A DNA stretch of 63,858 nucleotides, counting the filler, from Bigelowiella natans CCMP2755 (Eukaryota; Protista; Cercozoa): assembly GCA_000320545.1 (NCBI GenBank). It is 10 parts of 10 records of this genome, joined end to end, with 100 filler letters (N's around TTAATTAATTAA, not from the genome) between each part and the next. Parts side by side here need not be neighbours in the genome. Positions count along the whole stretch, not along the records: positions 11,215 to 29,918 come from ADNK01002881.1; 9 more parts are not named here. One strand, 5' to 3'. This document shows, piece after piece, positions 13,701 to 26,278 of the stretch (its first letter is position 1; each line of letters starts with the position of its first letter). The notes beneath the pieces were generated by a model. The model saw only the letters and a program-made list of their open reading frames with translations. It made no database searches and was not told where the DNA came from. The translations under genes and the position numbers were made by a program.

Positions 13701-16560
13701 TATATACAGAATATAAATATACACGAGCAGCTTGATGGTAAAAACATGCAGGAGGACGCATCTTGATGATGCTGCTGCTTTCGATATGTGCTAGAGTAGT
13801 TTTTCCAACAAATGGCGGGTGGGTCAAAATAGGAGGAGAAATGATATATGCGCGTCGTGCCGACAGTGAGCTTGAGTGTGATAACAGTTGATAGTAATGG
13901 CAAGAGTAGTAATCCTCCGCACTGCTACTTTGCACGCTAGTTTTCATCGATGGTTTTAAAGATCTTCTCACCACGGCTATGCGGTCAAGCAGGTGGTCAC
14001 GAACATCGCCCTGCGTACAACACAACCAACACAAATATATAAACAAACATACTCGTCACCCAAAGCACACACACACACACACACACACGAATATTATTAA
14101 GGTGGGTCTGCGTTCAACCGCGATGTCCCCCCTCCCCCCCCCCCCCCCTCCCCCACTATCTTCATTTCTGCGCGCTACTATTACCTCTTCTGGGTTGAAT
14201 GTCGCGATAAGCAGAGGTTTGCACGGGTGTTTGATTGAGATACCTACAGCAGCGTCGATTAGTAACATACTTCATCACCAACAAAGACTAGTCACGAGTG
14301 TGTTGTGTTTGGGAGGGGGGCAATGCTTTTGAAAACCCTGTCACTGACCTTCCCTCTCCACCACGTTGACTCCGTCGGAGAGAACAGAGAGAAGCAGATT
14401 CACGATTCTATGATGGCGACGACACATCATTTCTCATTGCTTGCTCTTCCGATGATGATGGTGCAAAAAGTAAGAAAAGGACCAATGACGATGACGGTGT
14501 AAAGTAGGGGAAATGCTTTACTAGCGCCGTATCACGGGACAGGCATCGAATCCTAATCATCTTGGAAGAGCCTATGAAATGCCTTACCCATCGTCGAGGA
14601 GATTGATCTCATCAATGTAAAGGACGCCGCGATTGGCCTCCGCGAGAAGCCCCGGCTGGAAAACCGGCTTCCCAAGCTTTGTCGACTCTTCGATATCCAC
14701 CGTACCTATTTTTGGCGAAGAAAGGGGCATTCTATGTGACGCCGGGAACCACGGAGGAGTTGAGGAAAACGAGCAGTGTTAAAGGTAGAAATATCACCGA
14801 TAAGGCGGTCCTCTGTGACTCCCAGAGGAATGGTTACGAAAGGCGCAGATCGAACCTTCTTCTTCGCCGCTTTGCCCTGAGCATGTGAGAAACACGTGTG
14901 TGTGTGTGTGTGTGTGTGCGTGCGTGCGTGTGCGTGTGCGTGAGTGTTTTAAGATTGTGATGTTGAGTTTCAGACAAAGCAACGAGCGCTGCTATCGACT
15001 GTCATCACCATCAGCAAACAACACAGATAGTCATTAGGAGGTCAGTCAGTCAGTGGTAACTACATCAAGCTTATCGGCCAGGCCTGACTCCCACGAGGAC
15101 ACGTCATTTGGGTCGGCATTCGCAAACGATTCTTCCACGACCTCGATGGGAGGCTGTTGGGAGGAGAGGCAGAGGAAGAGTGGGAGTCGGGGAAGACCCA
15201 AAAAAATTAGGAATATGAATATAAATGAATAGACGAGAGGGGAAGGGAGAGGAGGAGAGGGGAGAAAGGGGGGTGATACGAAAGGAGGGGAAACGAGGAG
15301 GATTCTAAATCAATGAGCTCTTTACCAGAAGGGCATGAAGACCACGCGCTAGCACTGATTTAGCTGTACCCCGGCGTCCAGCAATTGCAATTCCACCCAG
15401 ACTTTGATGATTGGTGAAGGAAAGGGGGGGGGGAGGAGGAGGAGGTGAGGGGGTTAGACAGCTATTCACCAAAAACAAAACCAAAACGGCAGGAGAGCGT
15501 CTGAACGTATTCTCACCGACTCTAGTAGAAAACACTTCACATTTATTATGTTAGATGGAATGGCCATCCCCATTTTAAATTGTCGTCGATGTCGAGTGGC
15601 AAAGCTTGTGTCATTACGAGTTATCAACAGCGCCCAGTAGCAGAGCAGCTTTGATCTCGTCGCACCCAACGATTCCCGCCTAGATTGATGAAGGTCCTCA
15701 ATCATGCAAGGGATCGACAAATATGACACCTTCGATGTCTCTCAACTTACCATAGGAAATGCTCTTCGCAGCCTCTCGTCCACCATGCTATCATCGATTC
15801 CGAGCTCCTCCTCTTCCTCCATCACCGCTACGCATTTGATTGCGCGTGCACAAAGCATCAGCACTAAGTCAGTATGGGGAAATCGCTCTAGTGTTTTCGG
15901 TTAGGATGAAGTTCTCACTCGCTCGCAGAGAGAGGCGATTCCTCAAATGTAGCGCTGGGTTCAGTGAGCGAAGTCTCGTCTTCGCGCCTAGTGGGTAAAA
16001 ACAATGCCTTTACTCTTCGTGCATGCAGCTTTAGTTCTAAGTCTAATATTGTTTCTAAACTATGCTCGACCTTGATTAGATAGTGGCCGAGATACGAAGC
16101 ATTGAGCGCCCTTCTGATGTGACAAACCAATATTGTTATTTATCATTTCTTATCATGACTAGACAGCCAGAATTGTTATTCCTCGCACAACGCAAAGCGC
16201 AGGAATATAAACTTTGATACTATACATGTTTCGATAACAATAAGCTACCTGGCTACGTATTGTCGAAGTTCCAAGTCCTACTTGATGGCGACTGGAAACG
16301 ACACTTAGAGCCACTAAAATTGCGTTATACACGAATCAATTGTGGAGAAGAGGGTACCCTACCCCTTCTCTTGCTTTTCCCCACCCACAACCACTGACCA
16401 CATAGACACTCTATCTTTCGCTGAATATAAATCTTCGAAACATGGCGCCATATCCCCGTCAGAATTATGGACAATCTCAAACTCATACGAGGAATAAAAC
16501 GAGTGGGAAATGCAACCTGCACACAAAGCAGCGACCGCCAGAAAGGGTAGAAACAGGGTT
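11330..16560 (-). CDS. CHLD: Magnesium chelatase subunit D; about 18 exons, vWA end cut by gap, presequence exons unresolved
   Basis: Exons include 'RAFPM|[19 protein letters not shown]', '[25 protein letters not shown]', '[24 protein letters not shown]', '[15 protein letters not shown]', '[10 protein letters not shown]', the Pro/acidic linker '[22 protein letters not shown]', '[15 protein letters not shown]', '[13 protein letters not shown]' and the MIDAS motif '[15 protein letters not shown]'. The 5' coordinate is approximate. Confidence 0.96.
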
Positions 16561-17333
16561 CCATATCCCTAGCGACAACAACAAATTTTGGTCATGATTA
16601 GATTGCGATTTAAATGTAATTATTTTCGATCGTCCTAACCTTTCTTCTCATCCCCTTCGAATCGAAAGCCCGATCAGGGCTGGAGGGGGGGTGGAACCGT
16701 GACATTCGGCTATGAGAAGTTTCAGATCTAAAATAATTAGTCTGATTGTAAAAGTGCTTAATTTTAAGCCTTCAAAGCGAGCATATGTATTAAATTATCC
16801 TGCATTATAGGAAATATGATTAACCCCCTGTGATCACGGGATTCAGATGAAATCCCGATGATCTTCGATAGGTCTCAATTTTTTTAATCGGCCCGCTGGA
16901 ATTTGGAATTGCATGATAATTTTAGCTTGGAACTCATTTATTCGATGTCGCCTCGAAGTATTCTTGTGTGGCACGTCTCATTGTCTCATTCCACAAGAGC
17001 GCAATTGCAGCCATACACGCAGGCAAACTTTGTCCAGCGACAATCCACCTCAGGACTTACTATGAGCGAATTACGAAGTAGAAAACTGCGCATTTGCGAA
17101 GTTGGGATTTTCTCATTTCCTTCGGAAGAAGATGAAGAAGCGAGGCTGCGGCAAAGAAAAATTTTATGGAATTTCTCGCAGCGACTTCAAATATTTATCA
17201 TTTTTGGTAATTTTAGGGGTCTTTTTGTTCGTTTATAAGCGCAACACACACCCGCCACCCCCTTCTTCCTCCTTGGCTAGCCTTCTTTCCGCTGGAAGCA
17301 TCTCCATCGCCCCTTGAGGGTGTAGACTGATCG

Positions 17334-20300
17334 ATGCAATCATCAAACACTGACACCAGAGGCATGAATGCGGAAAAGTTCTTGAAGGATGTAATGATAA
17401 TCATTTCTCACGCAAATAGCAGGCAGCAGCTAACATCATTAATGTAATTTTCATCTGCTGAACCCAGGCTCTGGACCTTCTCAGAGCTAGCAGACAACCG
17501 TAAGTGGCCACATTTTCGTTTTTCCCATGTTCTGAGAGAATCGAGTGTTGGGTGATAATATATGTAGTGCATTCATTCATTTTCCTTGTTTTCCCCCGTT
17601 GGCAGAGATGCGGAAGTTCAGAAGAATGTGTACCGAAAGTTTGAGACGGTATTAACCCCTGTCTTCCCGTAAGTGTGGGGATAGATTCGTTGATGGTTTG
17701 TGTTCCACATTTTAACAGCTTCGAACGAATTCTGAATTCAATCAATGCCTTGCTTACATCTTCTCAAACCCGAAAGCAATAGATCTCGTTACGAGGCGGC
17801 AGGTATTATGCCATTTATCCATTTGGAAGCCATAAATCCATCAGCTTGAACATTATTTTCTCCGAAAATTCCAAAGGCGGGTATACTTCTGATGCGGAAT
17901 TTGGCCAACGGAAGGGTGTATTCGCAGATGGCAGCCGGGTAGTGCATTCATTTGAGAGGCCCTCTCAAATGAAGGTGAAATGACACTATTCCGCATCACC
18001 TAATGCTCTGTCTGTAACAACCAGGGTGAAGAAACAAGTCAGAGATTCTATTCTCCGCTGCATAGGTAGAGATCGAGCAGTACTTGCAGGAAATCGTGAC
18101 TGTTTTTTACTGTTTGGTCTCACTTTACCACTGCGTGGTTTGAATATGATTAGATGACAAGAATCGGCAAATCAGAATTACCTTTGGCAATATACTTGCG
18201 GTACATTTTGCTGAAACAGTAGACTCGTTGACTGCATTGGAGCACGACTCCTTTGATCCAATCTAGTTGATTCACTGATATTTTATAAAACAAACCTATC
18301 ACCAGACAATAGCAAAGCTCGAAAAGGGCAACGGTCCTTGGCTAGGTTTTTTGGCGAAGAACTTAGCCAACCCGAATCTATTGGTAGGTGTCGGACTGCG
18401 CGTTGAATTTTTTTAGGAGGGGGGGGGGGGGGGGGGTATACTTTTGGTGCCAGTCGTGCAGTACATGGGGCGTTGTGTGCTGTGTATGTTTGCATGGGTT
18501 GAAGATATGCGTTGTGTGAAGTTATGATCTTTCCTTTCAGATTCAAGACAGCACAATGATTGTCGTGGAATCGTTGATGGAAGACTGCGGTAAGAATCGT
18601 CTTCATGGCTTTACTATATAATAACCCTGATACTAGCTTGTATCTGGTGTAAAGCGGGAGAGAGGTTGGGGGGAGTACATTTCTGGAACTAAGTTGTACG
18701 CGTTCGTCTCTATTTTTTAGGAGAGGAGCTGTTGAAGGCCCATCCGCAGGTTCTTTCCTGATGTGTGTGCTTATGAGCGAAAAATAAAATGTAGCAGTAG
18801 ATTCCTGAGATGCAAGGAAGAAGCATCGATGCTTCCTCCCCCTCCCATTACTTTTTGTTCTACAGCTGTGTGAAAGCACAAATCCCATAGAATGCTAAAT
18901 TTGTAGAGGCAGATTTCGGCCATTGTTATAATCCTCTCCCTCTCCCGTTCCCCCTCCTCCCCGTCTTCCTCCCCGCCTTCCTCCTCGCCCTTCTCAGGAG
19001 CTCCAGATGTTGATGCAAAAGGTCGTGGAGAAAATGAAGTCCAATAATGAGGTAATCAAGAACTATCATCATCCTCAAGACGAAACTGTTATCGTTGTAT
19101 ATTATCTTTGCGTTCGTAACATCTCTCATAAACTCGTCCAGGAGATAAGACATATGGCGATTAGTGCTGTCGGCCAAGCAATTGGCCCAGGTTAGTTTCC
19201 CCCCCCCCCCCCCCCTCTTTTTCCCTCTTCAGGGACATTCCAAGAAGTACATTTTTAACGATTTCCTAGTATTGCTTGGTTATCGTCGTTACCAAATAAA
19301 ATTGTCCTTCCCTCCCCCCCCCCCCATCCTCCTTGCCTGTTACACATGTCACAGGAATGCCTAGCCCATTCCAGGGCCTGACAGAACAATACCTCCAAAA
19401 CCTATTTGTGCTTGCCAAAGACTCGAGTCCAAAGGTCGATCAGTTATTTCCTTTCTCGTGTGAAACAACAACAAACACATCGGAGATGACGAGCGAGAAG
19501 AGGCAGCTACCACATATTCTAATACAGGGAGAGGGGGGGGGGAGCACAATGGTGGTTGCCGATGCGTAGAGATGACCGTGGAGGCATGCCATGAGCCAAA
19601 AGTTCATTCGAGTTCTCGCTGTACCTTCGGGATTGCTATTTCAAGATATTTCTGATGCTACTTGCTTAATACCATCTGATCTATGGTGTCTTGTTGCGCG
19701 CAGGTATTGCTACGTGTCGGGTGGGCCTTCATCGCCCTCCAGGAGGCTGGATCTTCGCAACTCAAGATGAGGTTATATTTCATCAAAAACACACACGCAC
19801 ACGCACACAACCCGCCTTTTACCTGTTGGTTGAGGATGCGATTATTTATTTATTATCGCAGGTTCGAAGATTGCATCAAGGTGATGCTGCATTTGGCTTC
19901 CAAGAGCGACGAGAAGGTTTTGCAAATACCTCTGAAACATAAACTAGCGAGATGACAAAATCTTGAATCTATAACGTCCCAATGGAGGCGAAGGCTTTTG
20001 TTATTATCACCTGAACGATGATGATAGCGCAATGCATCACCATCACGAACATCGTCACTGTCTAAGCCCGTCCTTGCAGGTTGTCTTTTGCGCCTTCGAG
20101 TTCTTCCGCTTACTCCTCCAACATGGAAACCTACCGCGCTCAGACTGGTTCGCCACCAGGTCAGTCGCGATACGCATCAATGCACAAAGCACGATCATCG
20201 TTATCATCATCATCATCATCGTCGTCATCATCATCGTCGTCATCATCGTCGCCATCATTACACTATGAAAATCACCCCGTCATGGCCATCGCCACCACCA

Positions 20301-22289
20301 GCCTCCTCGCTCATCCTATCCTCCCCCCTCTCCCTCGCCCGCAGGGAGAAGAGCATGGCCCAAGGAGCTCTAGCGAAGATGCTGGGCCCATACCTGAAAA
20401 ACCTCGTGCCGCTGCTGCTCCGAAGCCTGGTATTCTCCGAGGAGGAGCTTGCCGACCTCGGCGAGGAAAAGGACTCCCACGTCCCCGACACCGCCCAGGA
20501 GGTGGCCCCGCGCCATGCCCGCCAATCCAAAGGCAAGTTCTCCTCCAAAGTCGACGCCGTGAGCCGGGGGGAGGACGGGTGCGAATGGTCCGTCCGCAAA
20601 TCCAGCGCGAACAGCCTTGACAGCCTGGCGATGCTAGTGCAGGGGAAGGACCTGCTACCCATCTTCCTCCCCCTCGTCAACCAGCTGCTCAAGCATAAGC
20701 AATGGCTGAGAAGAGAGAGCGGCGTCCTGGCGCTAGGGGCCGTGGCGGGCGGCTGTGCGAGCGGCATCAAGGAGCACCTTGAGTCGCTATTCGCGCTCCT
20801 CATTAAGGGCAGCAACGACGAGCGGTCCGCCATTCGCCGCATCACCTGCTGGACTCTCAGCCGATATGCCCCCGTCCTCCTGCAGAGCGACGAGGACAAC
20901 AAGTTCCTCCGCCCGCTCGTGAAGACCCTCCTCGAGAAGATGGGGGACTGCAGCAAGAAGGTGCAGAAGGCGGCCTGCAGCGCGATGCTGCGGGTATTCG
21001 AGGAGACGGCGGCGCGGCACGGCGCTAGGAAGGTCGGGCTCTTTCTCGAACCAGTCTTGATGAAGGTTGGCAAGTGCATGGGGTCATACCAGGAGGCCAA
21101 CAGGCACACACTGTACGATCTCATCGGCACCATTGCCCGCACCGCAGGCCCGAAGTTCAGGGAGCAGCATAAGTTCCTGGAGGGGGCTGTCTCCTCCATG
21201 CTGCAGCACTGGTCCAAGATGGAGACGGGCAGCTACGGCCTCTTCCCCCTCCTCGAGAGTCTATCTGCCATCGCCCTGAGCGCCGAGCAGAAGTTCCTCC
21301 CGTACGCGAAGGTCATCTTCCCCCAGTGCCTCAAGCTGATAATGATGAATCTGAAGACCCTGCAGGAGCTGCGGTGGAGACAAAAACAGGCCGAGGCGAA
21401 GCAGCAGCAGAAACGCCAGCAGCAGCGCGATTCGGAGCTGCACTCCGACAGCAGGTTCCAGCGCTTCGAGGGAACAGACTCCGTGGTGTGCTGCATCGAG
21501 CTGGCGGGTTGCATATACCGAGCCCTTGGGAAGGTGGAGACCCACCTCGCAGAGCCGAAGGCCGTCTTCGAGACGCTCATCGCGTGCTGCAGCGACCCGA
21601 ACCCCTTTATCCGGCAGAGCGCCATGGCCTGGATGGGCGACGTCGTGTGCGCCTCGCCGGGCTTCATCGGAGGCTACTTCAGGGACATTGCTAGAGTGAT
21701 CGTGCTCAATCTGGACTCTGCCCACCCCTTCGTGTGCTCCAACGCAGCGTGGGCGCTTGGAGAGGCAGCCATCCGGCTTGGGCCGAGATGCATGGCGCCG
21801 TTCACCGACGCTGCCATGCGAAAGATGATTCCCATCCTGAACAACAGCAGCGACGGCGGCGAGAAGCAATCACAGCTGCAGCGAGACAGCGGCCTCTTCC
21901 ACTCCATTGCCCTCACCATCTCAAGACTGGGGCTTGTGTGCCCTGGGGAGACCGGCAAGCATCTCGAGCACTTTGCGAAGGCGTGGTGCGAGAGCCTCAC
22001 GAAAACGGCGCAAAACGAGCACCCGAGGGAAGTGGAGATGGCCTTCCGGGGGCTGTGCGGTGTCGTTCCGAAGCGCCCGCAAGCAATGCGGAGTGCGCCC
22101 ATCTTTGTTGCCCTCTGCGAGGCGCTGGCCTCCTTCAAGCCGCCCAGCCAAGAGCTGCACAGTATGGTCAAGAGCCTCCTCCACAACTTCCGCGCGATGT
22201 TCGGCAGCCGGTGGGGGGAGTACTTCGGGAAGTGCAGCCCGCAGCTACGGTATCACCTAGCGCGCACCTACGAGCTGCCGGAGAAATAG
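17334..22289 (+). CDS. TNPO1: Transportin (importin-beta2 / karyopherin-beta2) homolog
   Basis: 5' exons splice to 'MQSSNTDTRGMNAEKFLKD|ALDLLRASRQP|DAEVQKNVYRKFET|LRTNSEFNQCLAYIFSNPKAIDLVTRRQ|AGILLMRNL...VKKQVRDSILRCI..DKNRQIRITFGNILA'. The terminal exon 20345-22289 has 'WSVRKSSANSLDSLA', 'WLRRESGVLALGAVAGGC', 'IRRITCWTLSRY', 'KKVQKAACSA', 'IRQSAMAWMGD' and 'VCSNAAWALGE'. Confidence 0.93.
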
Positions 22290-23977
22290 AAGTCCCGTTG
22301 GTCTATTGTAGAGGTGTACATGGCGAAACCAGCCGGTGTCATTAATAATTATTTCTTAAAAGGAAATGGTAGTCGCAGCACCTGCAGCAGCAGCAGCAGT
22401 GATAGAAGCAGCAGTTGTAGTAGTTGTAGTAGTTGTAGTAGTAATAGTAGTAGTAGTAGTAGTTGTTGCATTAATAGAATACGAGCAGCTGATTCTCAAA
22501 GGTGGACGGATTGGCCTTCTCAGAAGTTCAGATACACCATCATCATTATCATCATTATCATCATTATCATCACCATAAAGTTAGCTTTCTCGTGCGTCAG
22601 TTAGGACCACGCCCTTTTTACATTTGATTAGAATTATACGAGCCTCCCCCCTGTCCAAGCATATGTTGATGTTTCGGGAAACAGTTTCAGAAACGCAGAC
22701 ATGCATCTTGCTAGCACCTTGTAGCTCGAGGTAAGCAAAGGCAGCATGGCGTCCACATCGGATTCCCAAAAAAAAAATATTATAAACATATATATTGAAA
22801 GTTGCTAATCCCATTGCGTCTAGACTTGGGACTTTGGCACTGGATTAGCATGTTTTATTAATGAACGTTACATATGAAAAGAATTCAAGAACGTTGAATC
22901 GATACTTTTGAGAAGAAAAAACTTATCTTGGCGTGGATTGCACATCTAAAACATGTCCTAGTTGGCTGTCTTGCTGCGCCCGCACGCACATGCTAGTACA
23001 TGTATCAAGACAATGCATGCCAATCTAGTAGCAATGCCAACTAGCCAACCCCAGAACTTCGCCAGTCTTGTTCTTCCTCAAAGCTAGAAAGCGCTCACGC
23101 TAATGAACGGTGGTTGATGACACTAACTAGCTAAGCTAATTACAGTGCATGTCAGATGTAATAAAATTACAAAGTGTACGCGATAATTGTATAATTGCAT
23201 TATCGCAACTCATACATCATCCTTGCTAGACATCGCTTATCAACATGATACTTTGCATTGTAGCACACGCTAGCACATGTAGCCACCATGCAGCACGCAG
23301 CAATAAGCTAGCTAGCTACTAGCATGCATGCATGTGTTCTTGACATTTCAATTATTTGCGTACGACTAGTTACGTCTAGACATTCCAATGGTGACATCAA
23401 AGTACGTGCATGTCTAGACATGTTATTTATTCTTGCAAATCTACACATCTAGACACCCGAACCGGAATGAGGCTCACGCGCACACACATCTAGACATGAT
23501 ACTAGCATCGATTCTTTCTGGTGTCACACATTTGGCATGTTCATTTGCTCAACAAACGCATGTTCACTGCATTACATTTCGTCAAAAGCATGGTCAAGAC
23601 GGCTGCATTACAATTGTTGCTATACATGATCATGTATACTTTGCAATTCATTTGCTAGTTTGTCTTCATGCTAGCCTGCACGTACATGCGTGTTATTGCG
23701 TAGCAAGCATCATATTTCAGACGCATTGTGCTCGTCGACATCCATCCTGCAAACAAGGCCACATGCTGGCAATGATGAGCTGCGAATCGGAAGATGCGTT
23801 TGTTGGTAGCATGTGCTGCGTGCAACTTTATCTGCGTTCAAATGCATGGAAATGGCCCCGTGCAAGCGACTACACTTGCCTTGACCACGAGCTTCATTGA
23901 ATGAACATGATCCTAGTGGATTCGGAGAGAGGATAAAGCGATGGATGAATGAATTCTCTGGGAGAAATGAGTTCTAT

Positions 23978-26278
23978 TCATTGAGTTATTTTAACGAATT
24001 CCCATTCCACATCAACAAAATCTTCGTTAGATGACGTTGATTTCAAATGGTTTACCCAATTCGTATCACTGCCCGAGTATTTCTTAATGGGCGACCATGA
24101 GTTGCTACAAATCATCTTGCCATCGGATGACAATCTTAGTTCATCTGGTTCACTAACCATGATGCAGTAGTTGGTCATTCTGGACATAGAAACCCAGTTT
24201 TTGCTTTGCCTAAATCCCCACAAAGCTTCAAGCTTAAATCTGTTGTCTTCAAGCCCATCCTTGTCCTTATGAATGCGGAACACCAAAGTAGACATATTCA
24301 ATGGAGCTACAGTCACGTAATGAGTTCCGGAAACGCTTTGTGTTATGACCATATATTCATTAGAGCCTCTTGCTTTCATGTAGAAAAGATCTTCATCACT
24401 TGGAATACTGTCCCCTCCACAGAGCTTTACCCGTTCTTCCACCATTGTGCGTGTCGGTTCACCACCGGTTTCCCGACCCATTCCTTTCCCATCACCCTTG
24501 ATTCTCCGAAGATGAGCACGCAAATTCGCTTGCATTTCAATCGCCTGATCTTGGAGAGGAGTCCTGTTCATGACGCTGTCATATATGGCGTTAATCTGCA
24601 CTGCAATTTCGACAGATGCTCCAATTATCGCGAAAGTCCTCATTAGCATTAGTGCTGGCGCACCAGTTTCAGTAGCAGCAATTCCTCCAGAGGTAGCGCC
24701 ACTGGACGCCGATGACGATCCTCCGCTGGATGCTGTACTCGCACTGCCAATCGTTGCGGCAGAAGTACTGCCGCCGCTTGATGCTGCGGAAACCCCGCCA
24801 CTCACCGATCTTCTTGCAGCACAACCGGCGATATACTTCACCACGCCGATAAAGTCCTTCGCGGTTGAGCCAACGTTACAAACAGCATTGACTTCTATGA
24901 TCGCGCTCTGCATATGCTGCCGAGACTCAAAGCAGGATTTGATACACAGGAATTTCACATTCATTTCCTCGAGGTACTCCTCAAATTGACGAAGCACTTC
25001 TGCCAACTCATCTTGTTTCAAACACGTCGCACGGCTATCGCCTACAGTATTTGCTGTCGATCCAATACCCATCCCAAGGAGGGTAAATAAGCCAGCAGGC
25101 ATAGTGACTGGAATTGCCGTCAGGACGATCCCAGTGATAGCTGCGACCATTATGGTACCTCGAGCAGCTCCAACACCCTGCTTCTGAGTTACGAGACCTT
25201 CTCTAAAGGATGACAGCCATTGGTCAAGCTCCTCCAAAAAAGTGATTGCCTCCTCGCTTGCCTTACGGACTTGAGTTTCAAGCTGAGTCTTATTGAGTCC
25301 GTTGTAATTTTGAAAGAAGCGAGCTACAATTTCTTCATGTGGCGACCGATCCGACGATACTTCCTCGAAAATAACATCTTCATACTCCTCTCCGCTAGTG
25401 CAGTAAATGCGATTACGGTAGTATCCAGCAGTCGTTACCTTCGCAAAATAACATCCGGAACTTGAATTGTACAATTTCCCGGAAGGTTTATGTTCTAAAC
25501 GCATTGAGTAGTTATGGTCGCAATAAATACCGACACGGCTCTGCCCCCCTACCCGGCCCACCCATTTGTAGCCCCCCCACCCCTCTTTAAGGCGCTTAGC
25601 TGTTTCTAGCAGAAATGATGTCCCTTCTATAGATGCTTTCCGAAATAGCATCGTGCTTTCCTCTCGGTATCTCCCAAGCTGCAGATAACCCCAGCCAGTT
25701 TGCTTCAGATATAATCCAGATTTTTTCTCCCTCAAATAGAACGTCGGATCTTGGATGGGCAACGTCTTTTCGAATAGCACCACCTTGTAACCAGAGCGAG
25801 ATGCACGAGTGCTGAAGATTTGGTTGTAGTAGCGGCCCTGCTTCGTGAATTTGGCAAGGTCACACGAACACGATACGTCATGCAGTCTGCCATCATTTCG
25901 TAATTCAAGCCGTATTGCATAATTGAAATCGGAGAATATCCCTACATATGTGCCACCGTTATGTCGGCCAATCCACTTTTTTGCTATGAACCCTGGTATA
26001 GCTTTGTTTACCTCTAAAACGAAGCTTTTGCTCCCATCACTCCCATCACTGCCCCCCGATATTCTTAGGATAAGAGTGTTTGTTTTAGAAAACTCCCCGA
26101 GGTGGAGATACCCCCCTTCGCAATTAAGATATAATTTTGAACTCTTTTCTCTCAGATGGAACAGCTGCGACGCCTCGACGTCCTTCGCTTCCTGCTGTTT
26201 TCTATCGTCCTTGGCGACGACACATTTTCTGTCATCACAGAGCAACTCTCCCCTTTCATCCATGCCAATCTTATCCAT
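23978..26278 (-). CDS. Intronless 766-aa protein: two N-terminal and one C-terminal ~130-aa beta-rich repeat domains around an apolipoprotein-L-like helical/hydrophobic-hairpin core
   Basis: Uninterrupted 2.3-kb ORF with an in-frame stop just upstream of the ATG. Internal repeats start 'FHLREKSSKLYL', 'FYLREKKSGLYL' and 'FYMKARGSNEYM'. Hydrophobic segment 'GTIMVAAITGIVLTAIPVTMPAGLFTLLGMGIGSTA'. The CDS is secure; the function is inferred. Confidence 0.8.
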   Translation of the reverse strand: MDKIGMDERGELLCDDRKCVVAKDDRKQQEAKDVEASQLFHLREKSSKLYLNCEGGYLHLGEFSKTNTLILRISGGSDGSDGSKSFVLEVNKAIPGFIAKKWIGRHNGGTYVGIFSDFNYAIRLELRNDGRLHDVSCSCDLAKFTKQGRYYNQIFSTRASRSGYKVVLFEKTLPIQDPTFYLREKKSGLYLKQTGWGYLQLGRYREESTMLFRKASIEGTSFLLETAKRLKEGWGGYKWVGRVGGQSRVGIYCDHNYSMRLEHKPSGKLYNSSSGCYFAKVTTAGYYRNRIYCTSGEEYEDVIFEEVSSDRSPHEEIVARFFQNYNGLNKTQLETQVRKASEEAITFLEELDQWLSSFREGLVTQKQGVGAARGTIMVAAITGIVLTAIPVTMPAGLFTLLGMGIGSTANTVGDSRATCLKQDELAEVLRQFEEYLEEMNVKFLCIKSCFESRQHMQSAIIEVNAVCNVGSTAKDFIGVVKYIAGCAARRSVSGGVSAASSGGSTSAATIGSASTASSGGSSSASSGATSGGIAATETGAPALMLMRTFAIIGASVEIAVQINAIYDSVMNRTPLQDQAIEMQANLRAHLRRIKGDGKGMGRETGGEPTRTMVEERVKLCGGDSIPSDEDLFYMKARGSNEYMVITQSVSGTHYVTVAPLNMSTLVFRIHKDKDGLEDNRFKLEALWGFRQSKNWVSMSRMTNYCIMVSEPDELRLSSDGKMICSNSWSPIKKYSGSDTNWVNHLKSTSSNEDFVDVEWEFVKITQ

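Noticed and set aside
16903-17317. ORFs between CHLD and transportin (e.g. MSELRSRKLRICEVG...)
   Set aside because: No recognisable motif or coherent splice model. Probably promoter or 5'UTR sequence, though a small gene cannot be excluded.
20088-20344. His-rich N-terminus of the 733-aa ORF
   Set aside because: It derives from an intronic (ATC/GTC)n microsatellite. The true exon begins after the AG at 20344.
20258-22345. Long antisense and alternate-frame ORFs (319, 203, 202, 170 aa) over the transportin exon
   Set aside because: These are shadow ORFs expected from high GC at third codon positions; they have no independent motifs.
23433-23900. 155-aa ORF in the CTAG-rich spacer (also 28719-29210 and 46792-47103)
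   Set aside because: Non-ATG starts, Cys/His/Ala-rich composition mirroring the palindromic DNA, and no protein-like motifs.
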